Shown: positions 1 to 11,298, counted from the first letter of the stretch. The stretch: 64,000 nucleotides of DNA from Octopus vulgaris (GCA_951406725.2 OX597835.1:15066001-15130000), one strand, 5' to 3'. Program-made: numbers and translations. The notes: generated by a model not told the origin, from the sequence alone.

Positions 1-142
1 AACGGATTAAGTTGATTATATCGACCCCAGTGCGTAACTGGTACTTATTTAATCGGAAAGGATGAAAGGCAAAGTTGACCTCGGCGGAATTTGAACTCAG
101 AACGTAACGACAGACGAAATACGGCTACGCATTTCGCCTGGC
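1..142 (-). mobile_element. SINE family C, partial
   Basis: Matches the repeat at 4025-5145; on the minus strand it carries a B-box-like GAGTTCAAATTCC and the GTCRACTTTGCCTTTCATCC core. Confidence 0.85.
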
Positions 143-167
143 AGCTTTGTATAAGCTTTGTTGTGTT

Positions 168-248
168 AAGTACTGGTTATCACAAAAGTATTAAAGTACA
201 TATATACATTCTTTATGTACTTTAATACTTTAGTGACAACCAGTACTT
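168..248 (-). ncRNA. 35-bp hairpin, candidate pre-miRNA
   Basis: Arms 168-202 and 214-248 with an 11-nt loop. On the minus strand there is one G-U wobble and one U-U mismatch, with CAAC just downstream. The hairpin is seen directly; miRNA status is inference. Confidence 0.35.
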
Positions 249-569
249 GCACTTGCGGATAGCCATCTCCACCCCGACACAGCGGTGAACAGGGATGTGG
301 TCCGGGGTCCCGAGAACGCCGGAGGTCTCCACTGCCACAGATTCGACCATAAACCTGTCAGAGAGCGACCAAAAGTTCTCAGAATCACGTGAGAGTTTGA
401 TATATCAAGATTTTCAGGATCCAGGTTAGAGGCAACCCCAAAAGTTGTTTCATAGCGCATTGACAGAAAGATAGCAAGTACTTTCACCAAAGCCAGAAAA
501 GCCTCCTTAAAGATAGACTCAAGAACTCCATAAAATGCTTCGTTTCCAACCGCGTGACTTAAGAATTCA
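249..569 (-). other. candidate exon (5'UTR or non-coding; 3' end uncertain)
   Basis: Strong acceptor TTTTCTTTTGCAG|TG at 570/569; unique, higher-GC sequence; only short unrecognisable ORFs. Confidence 0.35.
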
Positions 570-599
570 CTGCAAAAGAAAACCCACAAAAGCGAAGGT

Positions 600-797
600 A
601 TAAGATCCTTTCCACTGTAGGCAGAAGGCCTGAAATTTTCGGGGCTGGGGTCAGTCGATCACATCGACCCCTGTACTCTAGTAGTACTTATTTTATCGAC
701 CCCAAAATTAAGAACGGCAAGGTCGACCTCAGCGGAATTTGAACTCAGAAAGACGGATGAAATGTTGCTATGCACTTTGTCCGGCATGCTAACGATT
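600..797 (-). mobile_element. SINE family C, diverged
   Basis: Similar to other C copies (ggcggaatttgaactcagaa). Confidence 0.75.
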
Positions 798-880
798 CAA
801 AGATACTTCCATTTCTAACAAAGAATACTCCGTTCCAAAGGCCGGAGCTGCCGTTTGTTGTTCCCAGTTCCGATAATATA

Positions 881-1245
881 GGCGTGGTTGTGTGGTAAGA
901 AGCCTGTTTCCCAACTACATGGTTCTGGGTTCAGTCTCACGGCGTGGCACTGTGGGCAAGTGTCTTCTACTATAGCCTCGGGCCGACCAAAGCCTTGTGA
1001 GTGGATTTGGTAGACGGAAACTGAAAGACGTCCGTCATGTGTGTGCGTGTGTGTCTGTGGTTGTACCCCACCATTGCTTGACAACCGATGTTGGTGTGTT
1101 TACGTCCCCGTAACCTAGCGGTTCGGTAAAATAAACCGATAGAATAAGTACTAGGCTTACAAAGAATAAGCCCTGGGGTCGATTCGTTCGACTAAAGGTG
1201 GTGCTCCAACATGGCCGCAGTCAAATGACAAAGTAAAATAAGAGA
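881..1245 (+). mobile_element. SINE family A
   Basis: tRNA-like head (TGGTTGTGTGG...GGTTCAGTC), CORE-like TGGGCAAGTGTCTT, internal (TG)n, tail GCTCCAACATGGCCGCAGTCAAATGAC; about 15 copies in the window. Confidence 0.9.
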
Positions 1246-1260
1246 GAGCGAGAGAATATG

Positions 1261-1301
<41 letters not shown>

Positions 1302-1767
1302 TGTTTTTCAGATCTCTTAATATTGATCTACCTATATTCGAACACTGGACCTCGAGCCGTTGCTTCTATCTATTGTTGATCAATTTCAAAAGCGGTAAAG
1401 GACATGCGATCTTGGATGCTCATAGATATTTGGCACACAGCCATATTTTATCAAGAAATGGCACCAGCTGACGTCATTATATTAATGGGAATAATTATTT
1501 TACTAAATCCAGCGGGAAGAAAAGCAAATTTTAAACCGCCTACAGAGAGCATTGTGGGAATTATCCAAGCGACACCGGCGCTCCACCGATTCCCTCACTT
1601 CACGCTGAGCATTTTTTTCTTTGTCTATTAATAACTGCTACAATTATTTAATATCAGAATAGGAAAATATGGATGAAGACAAATATTAATTAACCCGTCG
1701 GGTTCACTTTGGCATAGAGTGTTTTGGTGTAGTTTAGCCCTAGGCATACCCATCATGTGTCTTCTCC

Positions 1768-1798
1768 TATAGCCTCGGAAACTAAAAGAAGCCTGTCG

Positions 1799-1886
<88 letters not shown>

Positions 1887-2063
1887 TCCTCCCGCCATCG
1901 CTTGACAACCGATGCTGGTGTGTTTACGTCCCCGTAACTAAGCGGTTCGGCAAAAATCACCGATATAATAAGTACTGGGCTCACAAAGAATAAGTCTTGA
2001 GGCCAATTTGTTCGACTAAAGAAAGTGCTCCAGCATGGCCACAGTCAAATGACTGAAATAAAA

Positions 2064-2067
<4 letters not shown>
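1768..2067 (+). mobile_element. SINE family A, partial
   Basis: 3' two-thirds of family A. Confidence 0.85.
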
Positions 2068-2109
<42 letters not shown>

Positions 2110-2264
2110 AGAGAGAGAGAGATGCGTCGAGCTTCTACAGTGAGTGAGTGTTCATGGCCACCACTTACTAATTTGGTCATGCCAACTTATGTGTGAAACT
2201 ACCTGCTTTACACACATACTCACACGAATGGTCGTGTTGGAGGAAGACCTGTTGCCCGTGAAGG

Positions 2265-2745
2265 CATGTATGCGTGTGTGAGCGTGCATGCATGCGTGTA
2301 CCTGTGCGTATGCGTGCGTGTGTGTGCATATGTGCATGTGTGCGTGCGTGATTGTGTGAATGTGTGCGTGTGAATGTGTGTGAACTTTGTATGAACATGT
2401 GTGTATGTGAACGTGTGTGTGTGAACATGTGTGTATGTGAATGTGTGTGTGTGAACATGTGTGTATGTGAATGTGTGTGTGTGAACATGTGTGTATGTGA
2501 ACATGTGTGTGTGAACATGTGTGTATGTGAACATGTGTGTGTGAACATGTGTGTATGTGAACATGTGTGTGTGAACATGTGTGTATGTGAACATGTGTGT
2601 GTGAACATGTGTGTATGTGAATGTGTGTATGTGAATGTGTGTGTGTGCCAATGTGTGTGTGTGTCAATGTATGTGTGTGTATGTCAATGTATATATATGT
2701 GAATGTATGTGTGTGGGCATATGTGTTTGCACAATGTGTGTGTTG
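2265..2745. repeat. TG-rich minisatellite with a 30-bp unit
   Basis: Tandem GAACATGTGTGTATGTGAACATGTGTGTGT units. Confidence 0.9.
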
Positions 2746-2834
2746 ACACCTTGGCCAGGTGTCTTCTACTGTAGCTTCGAGTCGACCAAAACCTTGTGGA
2801 TGGAATATGGTAGATGGAAGCTGAAAAAACCCCG

Positions 2835-2869
<35 letters not shown>

Positions 2870-3039
2870 ACTATCGCTTCACAACTGGTGTTACCCGTAA
2901 CTTAGCAGTTCGGCAAAAGAGAAAGAATATGTACCTGATTAAAAAAAAAAAAAAAAAAAAAACAGTTTTGCGGTCGATTCGTTCGACTAAGGTGCTTCAA
3001 TGTGGTGCTCCAGCATGGCCGCAGTTTGATAACTGAAAC
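2746..3039 (+). mobile_element. SINE family A, diverged
   Basis: Family A body and tail. Confidence 0.75.
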
Positions 3040-3194
3040 GACAGCCAGATACTATGAGGATCACTGTCAGGCTAGTCTTGGATAAACCGCTTCGTTTAGC
3101 GTTGGTTCTACCTTTTCTCAGCGAAGAGAGCGAGTGTGTACGTACGCATGAGAGTGTGTGTGTGTGTGTGTATATATATATAGGCGTTGGAGTG

Positions 3195-3580
3195 TGGAGG
3201 CGCAATGGCCCAGTGGTTAGGGCAGTGGACTCGCGGTCTTAGGATCGCGGTTTCGATTCCCAGACCGGGCGTTGTGAGTGTTTATTGAGCGAAAACACCT
3301 AAGAGCTCCACGAGGCTCCGGCAGGGGATGGTGGTGATCCCTGCTGTACTCTTTCACCACAACTTTCTCTCACTCTTACTTCCTGTTTCTGTTGTACCTG
3401 TATTTCAAAGGGCCGGCCTTGTCACTCTCTGTGTCACGCTGAATATCCCCGAGAACTACGTTAAGGGTGCACGTGTCTGTGGAGTGCTCAGCCACTTACA
3501 CGTTAATTTCACGAGCAGGCTGTTCCGTTGATTCGGATCAACCGGAACCCTCATCGTCGTAACCGACGGAGTGCTTCCAC
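3195..3580 (+). mobile_element. SINE family B (tRNA-derived), full length with 15-bp TSD
   Basis: A box TGGCCCAGTGG, B box GTTTCGATTCC; TSD ATAGGCGTTGGAGTG at 3180-3194 and 3581-3595. Confidence 0.93.
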
Positions 3581-3583
3581 ATA

Positions 3584-3956
3584 GGCGTTGGAGTGGCCGT
3601 GTGGTAAGAAGTTTGCTTCCCATTCACATAGTTCTAGGTTCAGTCCCACTGCGTGGTATTTTGGGCAAGTGTCTTTTGCTATAGCCTCAGGCTAGCCAAA
3701 GCCTTGTGAGTGGATTTGGTAGACGGAAACTAAAAGAAGCCCGTCGTGTATGTGTGTGTGTGTGTCATCACCTCTTGACAACGGGTGTTGGTGTGTTTAC
3801 GTCCCCGTAGACTAGCGGCTCGACAAAACCCACCGATAGAATAAGTACTAGGCTTTAAAAAAAAATAATAAGCACTTGGGTTGATTCGTTGGAGTTAATA
3901 TTTCTCGAGTCAGTACCCCAGCATGGCCGCAGTCATATGGCTGCTAAAATAAAGAA
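3584..3956 (+). mobile_element. SINE family A (head interrupted by a SINE B)
   Basis: Family A sequence resumes from the TSD. Confidence 0.9.
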
Positions 3957-4024
3957 ACACACACACACACACACACACAGAACTGTGAATTAAACGACCC
4001 TGATTTTAGGCTTGAATCTTACTT

Positions 4025-5145
4025 ATTCTTTTCTACTTTAGGCAAAAGACCCGAAATTTTGAAGGAGGGGGCCAGTCGATTAGATCGACCTCAGTACGTA
4101 ACTGGTACTTAATTTATCGACCCCGAAAGACTGAAAGACAAAGTCGACTTCGGCGGAATTTGAACTCAGAACGTAGCGACAGACGAAATACCTATTTCTT
4201 TACTACCCACAAGGGGCTAAACACAGAGAGGACAAACAAGGACAGACAGATGGATTAAGTCGATTAGATCGACCTCAGTACGTAAATGGTACTTAATTTA
4301 TCGACCCCGAAAGACTGAAAGACAAAGTCGACCTCGGCGGAATTTGAACTCAGAACGTAGCGGCAGACGAAATACCTATTTCTTTACTACCCACAAGGGG
4401 CTAAACACAGAGAGGACAAACAAGAACAGACAGACAGACGGATTAAGTCGATTACATCGACTCCAGTGCGTAACTGGTGCTTAATTAATCAACCCTGAAA
4501 GGATGAAAGGCAAAGTCGAACTCGGCGGAATTTGAACTCAGAACGTAGCGGCAGACGAAATACCTATTTCTTTACTACCCACAAGGGGCTAAACACAGAG
4601 AGGACAAACAAGAACAGACAGACAGACGGATTAAGTCGATTACATCGACTCCAGTGCGTAACTGGTGCTTAATTAATCAACCCTGAAAGGATGAAAGGCA
4701 AAGTCGAACTCGGCGGAATTTGAACTCAGAACGTAGCGGCAGACGAAATACCTATTTCTTTACTACCCACAAGGGGCTAAACACAGAGAGGACAAACAAG
4801 AACAGACAGACAGACGGATTAAGTCGATTACATCGACTCCAGTGCGTAACTGGAAAGGATGAAAGGCAAAGTCGAACTCGGCGGAATTTGAACTCAGAAC
4901 GTAGCGGCAGACGAAATACCTATTTCTTTACTACCCACAAGGGGCTAAACACAGAGAGGACAAACAAGAACAGACAGACAGACGGATTAAGTCGATTACA
5001 TCGACTCCAGTGCGTAACTGGTGCTTAATTAATCAACCCTGAAAGGATGAAAGGCAAAGTCGAATTTGAACTCAGAACGTAACGACAGACGAAATACCTC
5101 TAAGCATTTCGCCCAGCGTGCTAACGTTTCTGCCAGCTCGCCGCC
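4025..5145 (-). mobile_element. tandem array of six SINE family C units
   Basis: Junction GACGAAATACC|TATTTC at 4193, 4377, 4565, 4753 and 4921; a single full head GGCGGCGAGCTGGCAGAAACGTTAGCAC at 5145. Confidence 0.92.
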
Positions 5146-5686
5146 TTCTTGAATCTTACCTATTGTTATTTTCTTAGCTACAACATATATAAGGCCAACA
5201 CACACATTTATCGCACAGGGTATCTCATACAATATTTCTTTATCATTTGGTTTTGCTCAGGCGTCGTGCCATCCTCAACGAAAACAAAGGAAGCGTTTTG
5301 CTAGCGTCGAAGAGCAGTTGGCCCTAAACGCAGACGACTGCTATCATATAAATAGTACACATGTAACATGAAGCAACATGTAAGCTAGAACAGATGAAGC
5401 TGCACCCGTATATGTGTACCCGTAATACATTTTACATGAACTGTAACACAATAAGTGTTTATGATGATGGTGGTGGTGGTGGTGGTGGTGATGGTGGTGG
5501 TGGTGGTGGTGGTAGTGGTGGTGGATCTCCGTCTTTCGACCACGAGGATTCAGTTGTTCCATCAACCGAAAAGTATCGCGTTCACTGAGTTTATATTTAA
5601 ATGGCTGAGTATCCCACAGACAGGTGTATCTTTTGAATCACAGATACTATCCACGCGATGGGTCTCTGTACAGCTTCCTTCTACTT

Positions 5687-5858
5687 TAGTGGTTTTCAAC
5701 CATTTTTTTTTACCAGAAGACCACTTTGATCCCAGTTTTCTCTTATTGGACCCCCAAAACCACTTAACCATTTAATATCTAAAGAATTCCAATCATACTA
5801 TTTTCTTAATTAAATAATATAAGGACATTTATTTAAAAGATTGCTTAAAATATCTTGT

Positions 5859-5930
<72 letters not shown>

Positions 5931-6021
5931 CCACCAATTCATTTAGCATAATTTTTAACAATTAGATCTCATATGGACCCCCCACCCCTCGGGTCATATG
6001 GACCACAGTTGAGAACCACTG
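5687..6021. mobile_element. hAT-like MITE
   Basis: TIRs TAGTGGTTTTCAAC / GTTGAGAACCACTG, typical hAT/Charlie ends; no clear TSD. Confidence 0.7.
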
Positions 6022-6240
6022 GTCAATCCTTCTTCACTCACAAGAAATGGATTGACACGAAGTTATTATTAAAAAAAAAAACATTTGCGAAAAAAAAAGA
6101 AAGAGAGAGAAAAAAGGGACACATAGCGATCGAACCCGCGGCTTTGTGATTGCAAAGCGAACTCCGGAACCAATCGGCCACGCTGGGCTGAGCCTACAAC
6201 CGAGTTTCTACATGCACCCTGAATACAAAGCACATTTACA

Positions 6241-6405
6241 GAAGTGGACTGTGCGGTAAGAAGTTTGCTTCCCAACCACATGGTTCCCGGTTCAATCCCA
6301 CAGCCTGGCATAATGGGAAATATGTCTTATTATTGCCTCGGCCTGACCAAAGTCTTGTGAGTCGATTTGGTGGACGGAAACTGAAAGAAGCCCGTCGTAA
6401 ATATG

Positions 6406-6445
<40 letters not shown>

Positions 6446-6679
6446 CATGTACGTGTGTGTATGTTTGGGTGTCTGTGCCCCCTCCCCCTAACATCGCTTG
6501 ACAACCGATGCTGGTGTGTTTACGTCCCCGTAACCTAGCGGTTCGGCTAAAAAAAAGACCGATAGAATAAGTACTAGGCTTACAAAAAATAAGTCGATTT
6601 GCTCGACTAAAGGCGTTGCTCCAGCATGGCCACAGTCAAATGACTGAAACGAGTAAAAGAGTAATATATATATATATAG

Positions 6680-6710
<31 letters not shown>

Positions 6711-6937
6711 CATACAATGTATGTGTGTGTGTGTGTGCATTTGTGTTTGTCTCCCACCACCGCTTGATGACTGGTATTGGTTTGTTTACGTCCCCTTTGG
6801 CTAGCGGTTTGCAAAAGACATTGACGCAGTGCCAGGGTTTAAAACAGAAAATAAATACTGGGGTCGATCTATTCGACTACAAATTCTACAAAGTGGTGCT
6901 CCAGTATGGCCGCAGTCAAATGACTGAAACAAGAAAC
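6241..6937 (+). mobile_element. SINE family A plus an adjacent 3' half copy
   Basis: Full copy 6241-6663, partial copy 6745-6937. Confidence 0.85.
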
Positions 6938-6977
6938 AGAACAGAGAATTCAAATGAATTTTTCTCGTCATCTCCTT

Positions 6978-6978
<1 letters not shown>

Positions 6979-7032
<54 letters not shown>

Positions 7033-7039
7033 TTGTGTG

Positions 7040-7088
<49 letters not shown>

Positions 7089-7100
7089 TTGTGTGTGTGT

Positions 7101-7154
<54 letters not shown>

Positions 7155-7393
7155 GTGTGATTGTGTGTGTGTTAGTAGGTTTCTTCTTGTGTATGTGTGT
7201 TGGTTTCTTTGTGTGTGCGTGTGTCTGTGTTAGCGCGCATGTTTGTGTTTGTGTGGTAGTGTGTCTGATTGTGTGTGTGGTAGTGTCTGATTGTGTGTGT
7301 GTGTGTGGTACCGTGTCTGATTGTGTGTGTGTGTATTTGTTCCTCTCTGTATGCTTGCGTGTGTGTGTCTATTTTCCTCGCGTGTGTACGTTA

Positions 7394-7425
<32 letters not shown>
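6979..7425. repeat. (TG)n compound microsatellite
   Basis: Read directly from the sequence. Confidence 0.95.
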
Positions 7426-7427
<2 letters not shown>

Positions 7428-7559
7428 TCGTGTCTATACGTGAGTGATAGCTTGAATATTCCAGCACACAACAAACAGTCAGTCCTCAATGGTGTTGTGA
7501 TAAACAAACACACACACACACACACACTTGCATATTTAACTAGAAAACATTACTTCGAT

Positions 7560-7830
7560 TTTGTATTCGGTTTACAAGGTTCCCGATGTGAATTCGTGTG
7601 TTGAAACAAATGTTACTGTCTAGGGAGGGTCATTAAGTCAATAAAAATCAAAATAAACACGCGCGTTGGTTCAATACGACTTCTTTATTTTCCCAACAAA
7701 CTATCCAATGGCTTGTTGAATGTGTTGATTTAACAATCACGTCGGTTGTTAGTTTTCTCTCTATCAGAATCCTTCCGTCGCTAATCGCGACCTCATCGTT
7801 GACATTCCATCTCTCTTCCATAGAATATTA
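7560..7830 (-). mobile_element. Penelope-like short element with a degenerate hammerhead (7762-7804)
   Basis: Shares GTGAAxTCGTGTGTTGAAACA with 49728. Minus strand reads TGTCA ACGATGA G GTCGC-GATTA-GCGAC GGAA GGAT TC TGATA. Confidence 0.5.
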
Positions 7831-8039
7831 CATAAACGAAAAAATTAACGTTGAGTATGCCAGCTATATTGAGTAAATTATAACATTATCTACTGTCGAT
7901 AAAATATATACAATATATATATATATATTCTTGAGCGTTATACTAATACACATCTGTTTATTTTGTACACCACCTGTCTTCGTCTTTTGTTTTTTTCGTA
8001 AACTCTCCCTTTATATATATATATATATAAATATATATA

Positions 8040-8262
8040 TATACAATAATATGTTACTTTACTCGGTAGTCAAGATAAAACTCTGAGTTTTCAAATAGCC
8101 AGATAACCGAAGAGATGGTGTTGTGGATTTCCACTTCGGCATCTGAAACTCAGAGTTTTATCTTGACTACCGAGTAAAGTAACATATTATTGTATAGATA
8201 AATTTCCTCTATTTACATAATATTGAGGTCTCTTTCTTTCTTTTGTTATCTTACCGTTTTAT

Positions 8263-8265
<3 letters not shown>
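8040..8265 (+). mobile_element. fold-back Penelope-like element in (TA)n
   Basis: About 51-bp perfect inverted repeat (8040-8090 / 8146-8196), a one-sided 3' extension, TA tracts on both sides. Confidence 0.7.
8101..8163 (+). ncRNA. type I hammerhead ribozyme variant
   Basis: AGATAA CCGAAGA GATG...CATC T GAAA CTC A GAG T T TTATCT; stems I-III present, U4C core variant. Confidence 0.6.
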
Positions 8266-8310
<45 letters not shown>

Positions 8311-8571
8311 CCTTCACCTTCGAAATGTAGAGTAGATGAAACCATGGCGACTGAAGAAGGGGGGGGTTTTTTGTGTTAATTGTCCTGTACTCTATATATT
8401 TTTTGTTGTTAAAAAAATGTCCAGTTCCCTGGGTTTGTGTCTATGTTTTCGTTTCTCATTGTGTTCGACGTTTTTTTTTTTTTTGTGTCATGTACTCATA
8501 TATGCGTGTATATATACATATAGAGGTTGGTACGTACATATATGTTTATATATATGCATATGTTTTATTTA

Positions 8572-8611
<40 letters not shown>

Positions 8612-8614
<3 letters not shown>

Positions 8615-8701
8615 AAGGTAAAGTATACGTACACCACGAGTTTTCGGCCTAATAAAAACCCTAATCCTAAGCACCAGGTGTACGTATTCTTTACTGTCGC
8701 C
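8612..8701. mobile_element. small TIR element relic with a telomere-like internal motif
   Basis: IR GTAAAGTATACGTACACC / GGTGTACGTATTCTTTAC, right end TGTCGCC, internal AACCCTAATCCTAA. Confidence 0.5.
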
Positions 8702-8712
8702 TACATTTCATG

Positions 8713-8774
<62 letters not shown>

Positions 8775-8781
8775 ATTCCTG

Positions 8782-8927
8782 GTGAAGGCCGGTTTATGGG
8801 GTTACCCATAAAGGGTTTAACTTTATAAACGTATCGTCAGACCTCCAGACTTGTTGGCCTAAGACCTCTTTACAATACGGTCCTTATGGACGGGGAACCC
8901 AGGGTAACCTCATAAACCGGCCTTCAC
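8782..8927. repeat. 26-bp inverted repeat
   Basis: GTGAAGGCCGGTTTATGGGGTTACCC / GGGTAACCTCATAAACCGGCCTTCAC, one mismatch. Confidence 0.8.
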
Positions 8928-9125
8928 GCTTCTTCTACGGATTTATGTTTTTCTAAAAACGATATATATATCTGTATATCTATATATATATATATTGGAA
9001 CGACAGATTTCGAAGCAGATAAAGCTATGTAAATATTGAAAGAGATAAAGCGTGTAAATATTGAAAAGTTGGTTTGAAAAAAAAAAAAAAAAAAAAAAAG
9101 GCCATTTTGGAGAGAAAACGCCGAA

Positions 9126-9201
9126 GGCTGCTCCTGGAATTCGAACACACATCTGTGAACATGACAGGCGTTTGTTCTATCTACCACTGGACCAAAGCAA
9201 T
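9126..9201 (-). pseudogene. tRNA-Asp(GTC)-like pseudogene or SINE head
   Basis: A box TGGTCCAGTGG, CGCCTGTCA anticodon region, GTTCGAATTCC, partial acceptor stem TTGCT/AGCAG; anticodon and T stems are broken. Confidence 0.45.
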
Positions 9202-9489
9202 CCTACGAAATTTCTTTATTACATGCATATGTGTATACGTATATATATATGTAAGTTTGTTCCGATATTTGCTGGTAAAAGAAATTTACTCATATATTGT
9301 CGTTATCGTCAGGAACCATTCTTTCACTCAAACTCCCGTTAAAAAGCTAATATTTATAAAGTGTAAAATATTCACACACACATTCGGTATGAGAAATGCT
9401 TAGACAGAAAAAGCAGATTTATAGAGTTTAGACGTCTATCCACAGGTTAAACACTTGGATAATATATACATACTCTCTCTCTCTCTGTC

Positions 9490-9746
9490 GCAGAATGGAA
9501 TGTACTTGTGGATTTTAGTGTATCGCCTATGCTTAAACTTTGCACGAAGTATGTCATAGGGCATACCTACAGATTAGTGCCCCGCACACACACACACACA
9601 CACACACACATCAGTTTATGATTTTATTCAACATATCCCTCTCTCAGATTCACACACTTATCGCCTCGGTCCTCCAGTTCTTCTATGCTCTGTAAAAGAA
9701 CTCAGAAGGTTGGGTCGCCCTTAAAGCCAGGAACTTTTTAGCACCC

Positions 9747-9782
<36 letters not shown>

Positions 9783-10372
9783 CACTCACACAGACAGACA
9801 GATAGATAGATTGATATAGATAGATATAGATAGATAGAATAGGCATATGTACAGTTTAGGGACTCAGTTACTTTTCTTCCTTATGTTCTGAAAAATGCAT
9901 ATTTCTATATTTTTTTTCCGAATATACGTTTTAGAGGATGTAATTGATGCTTTTTCTGTCAATTTAGAAGTTTCCGATTTATCCCCCTCCCCACTCGACT
10001 GTTTCCTGATAACTCTAAAATGCATACTGTTTTGAAACCATATTTTGCAGAAACACTTTTCCGATGGTGTAGATTACGTAATGTTGACGCTTGAAATGAA
10101 TAAGTTTGGTGGGGAAAAAATGAAAAATTGTTATAGTTACGAAAGTAGGATGGTCGGGAAGGATTATCTGAAACTTCTCCAAACACTGTTATAATCTACA
10201 TCCTTGAAAATATATTTCTGCAAAATTTCATTAAGAAATATATAGCTTTTTAGAAAGTAATGCGGAAGGAAAGTTGCGGGGGCACTAATCTGTAGGTATG
10301 CCCTGTGACATACGTCGTGCAAAGTTTAAGCATAAGCGATACACTAAAATCCACAAGTACATTCCATTCTGC
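9490..10372. mobile_element. long inverted-repeat element (about 97-bp arms)
   Basis: 9490-9586 is the near-perfect reverse complement of 10275-10372; a weaker inner IR lies at about 9870-9950 / 10190-10272. Confidence 0.7.
9615..9750 (-). mobile_element. mariner-type MITE relic
   Basis: Reverse complement resembles 18085-18130 (GTGTGAATCTGAGAGxGG); mariner-like TIR end AACTTTTTAGCACCC. Confidence 0.5.
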
Positions 10373-10446
10373 TTCTCCACGTTATTATTATAGACTCCAC
10401 GAAGCCCTCTCCCTCTCTTTCTTTCTCTCTCTCGCACACACACACA

Positions 10447-10481
<35 letters not shown>

Positions 10482-11051
10482 TATCTGTTCACACACTCAT
10501 TCACAATTATTTTAGCCAAACATCAGTAACACGAGCGTACATGCAGACACACACACACACGCTTCCTCTCTCTCTTTCTCTCTTCTCCCCCCCCCCCCCC
10601 GCGTGTCTACACGCTAAAATATATGTTTATATCAAAATAACAATACAACAAAATATTCTTTTAAAATTATGGAGGAAAAAAATAAAATAAATAAATGAAT
10701 AAAATAATTATTTAAGACGGAAAAAAAAAAAAAAAACTCAGATCTCTGGAAAATTAAATTAAAAGAAATTTTAATTTTAGAAATTCGACAAGAATTCCAA
10801 TTAATGCTTTTTACGAAGAACAGCAACAACAAAAGAATTTAGTTTCCTGAAGTTACAACTACTCTTACTACTACTACTCCAAGGATCGAGAGCACCAAAA
10901 CCATTTCTGTGGTAAAACACACACACATATACACACGCATATACACACACATATAGACACACAGTTTAGTTTTGTCTCTCTACGTTTTGCGTTCCAATTC
11001 CTACCGGGCTCGCTTTGTCTTACCAAAATGTTGTGTCTATGTGTGTGTGTC

Positions 11052-11247
11052 AGAAATCTTATAAAGCACTGAACAGGTCGTCGAGCGAACCAGTTTCGAA
11101 TCCTGGCTGTCTAAGAACATTTTCGTTCTGCTCTTGATAAAAGAATGAACACCACAACACGTGTGTGTGTGTTTGTGCTCCAGTATGGCCACAGCCTCTG
11201 GTTGAAACCAATAGTGAAAAAATATATAAATAGTAATCTACGATGAA

Positions 11248-11298
<51 letters not shown>

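Noticed and set aside
3328-3531. Recurrent ORFs such as MVVIPAVLFHH and RQASFSFRLPNPLTRHW
   Set aside because: They recur only because they lie inside multicopy SINEs.
4025-5145. CRISPR-like regular array
   Set aside because: Whole units repeat with no unique spacers, there are no cas genes, and the units are eukaryotic SINEs.
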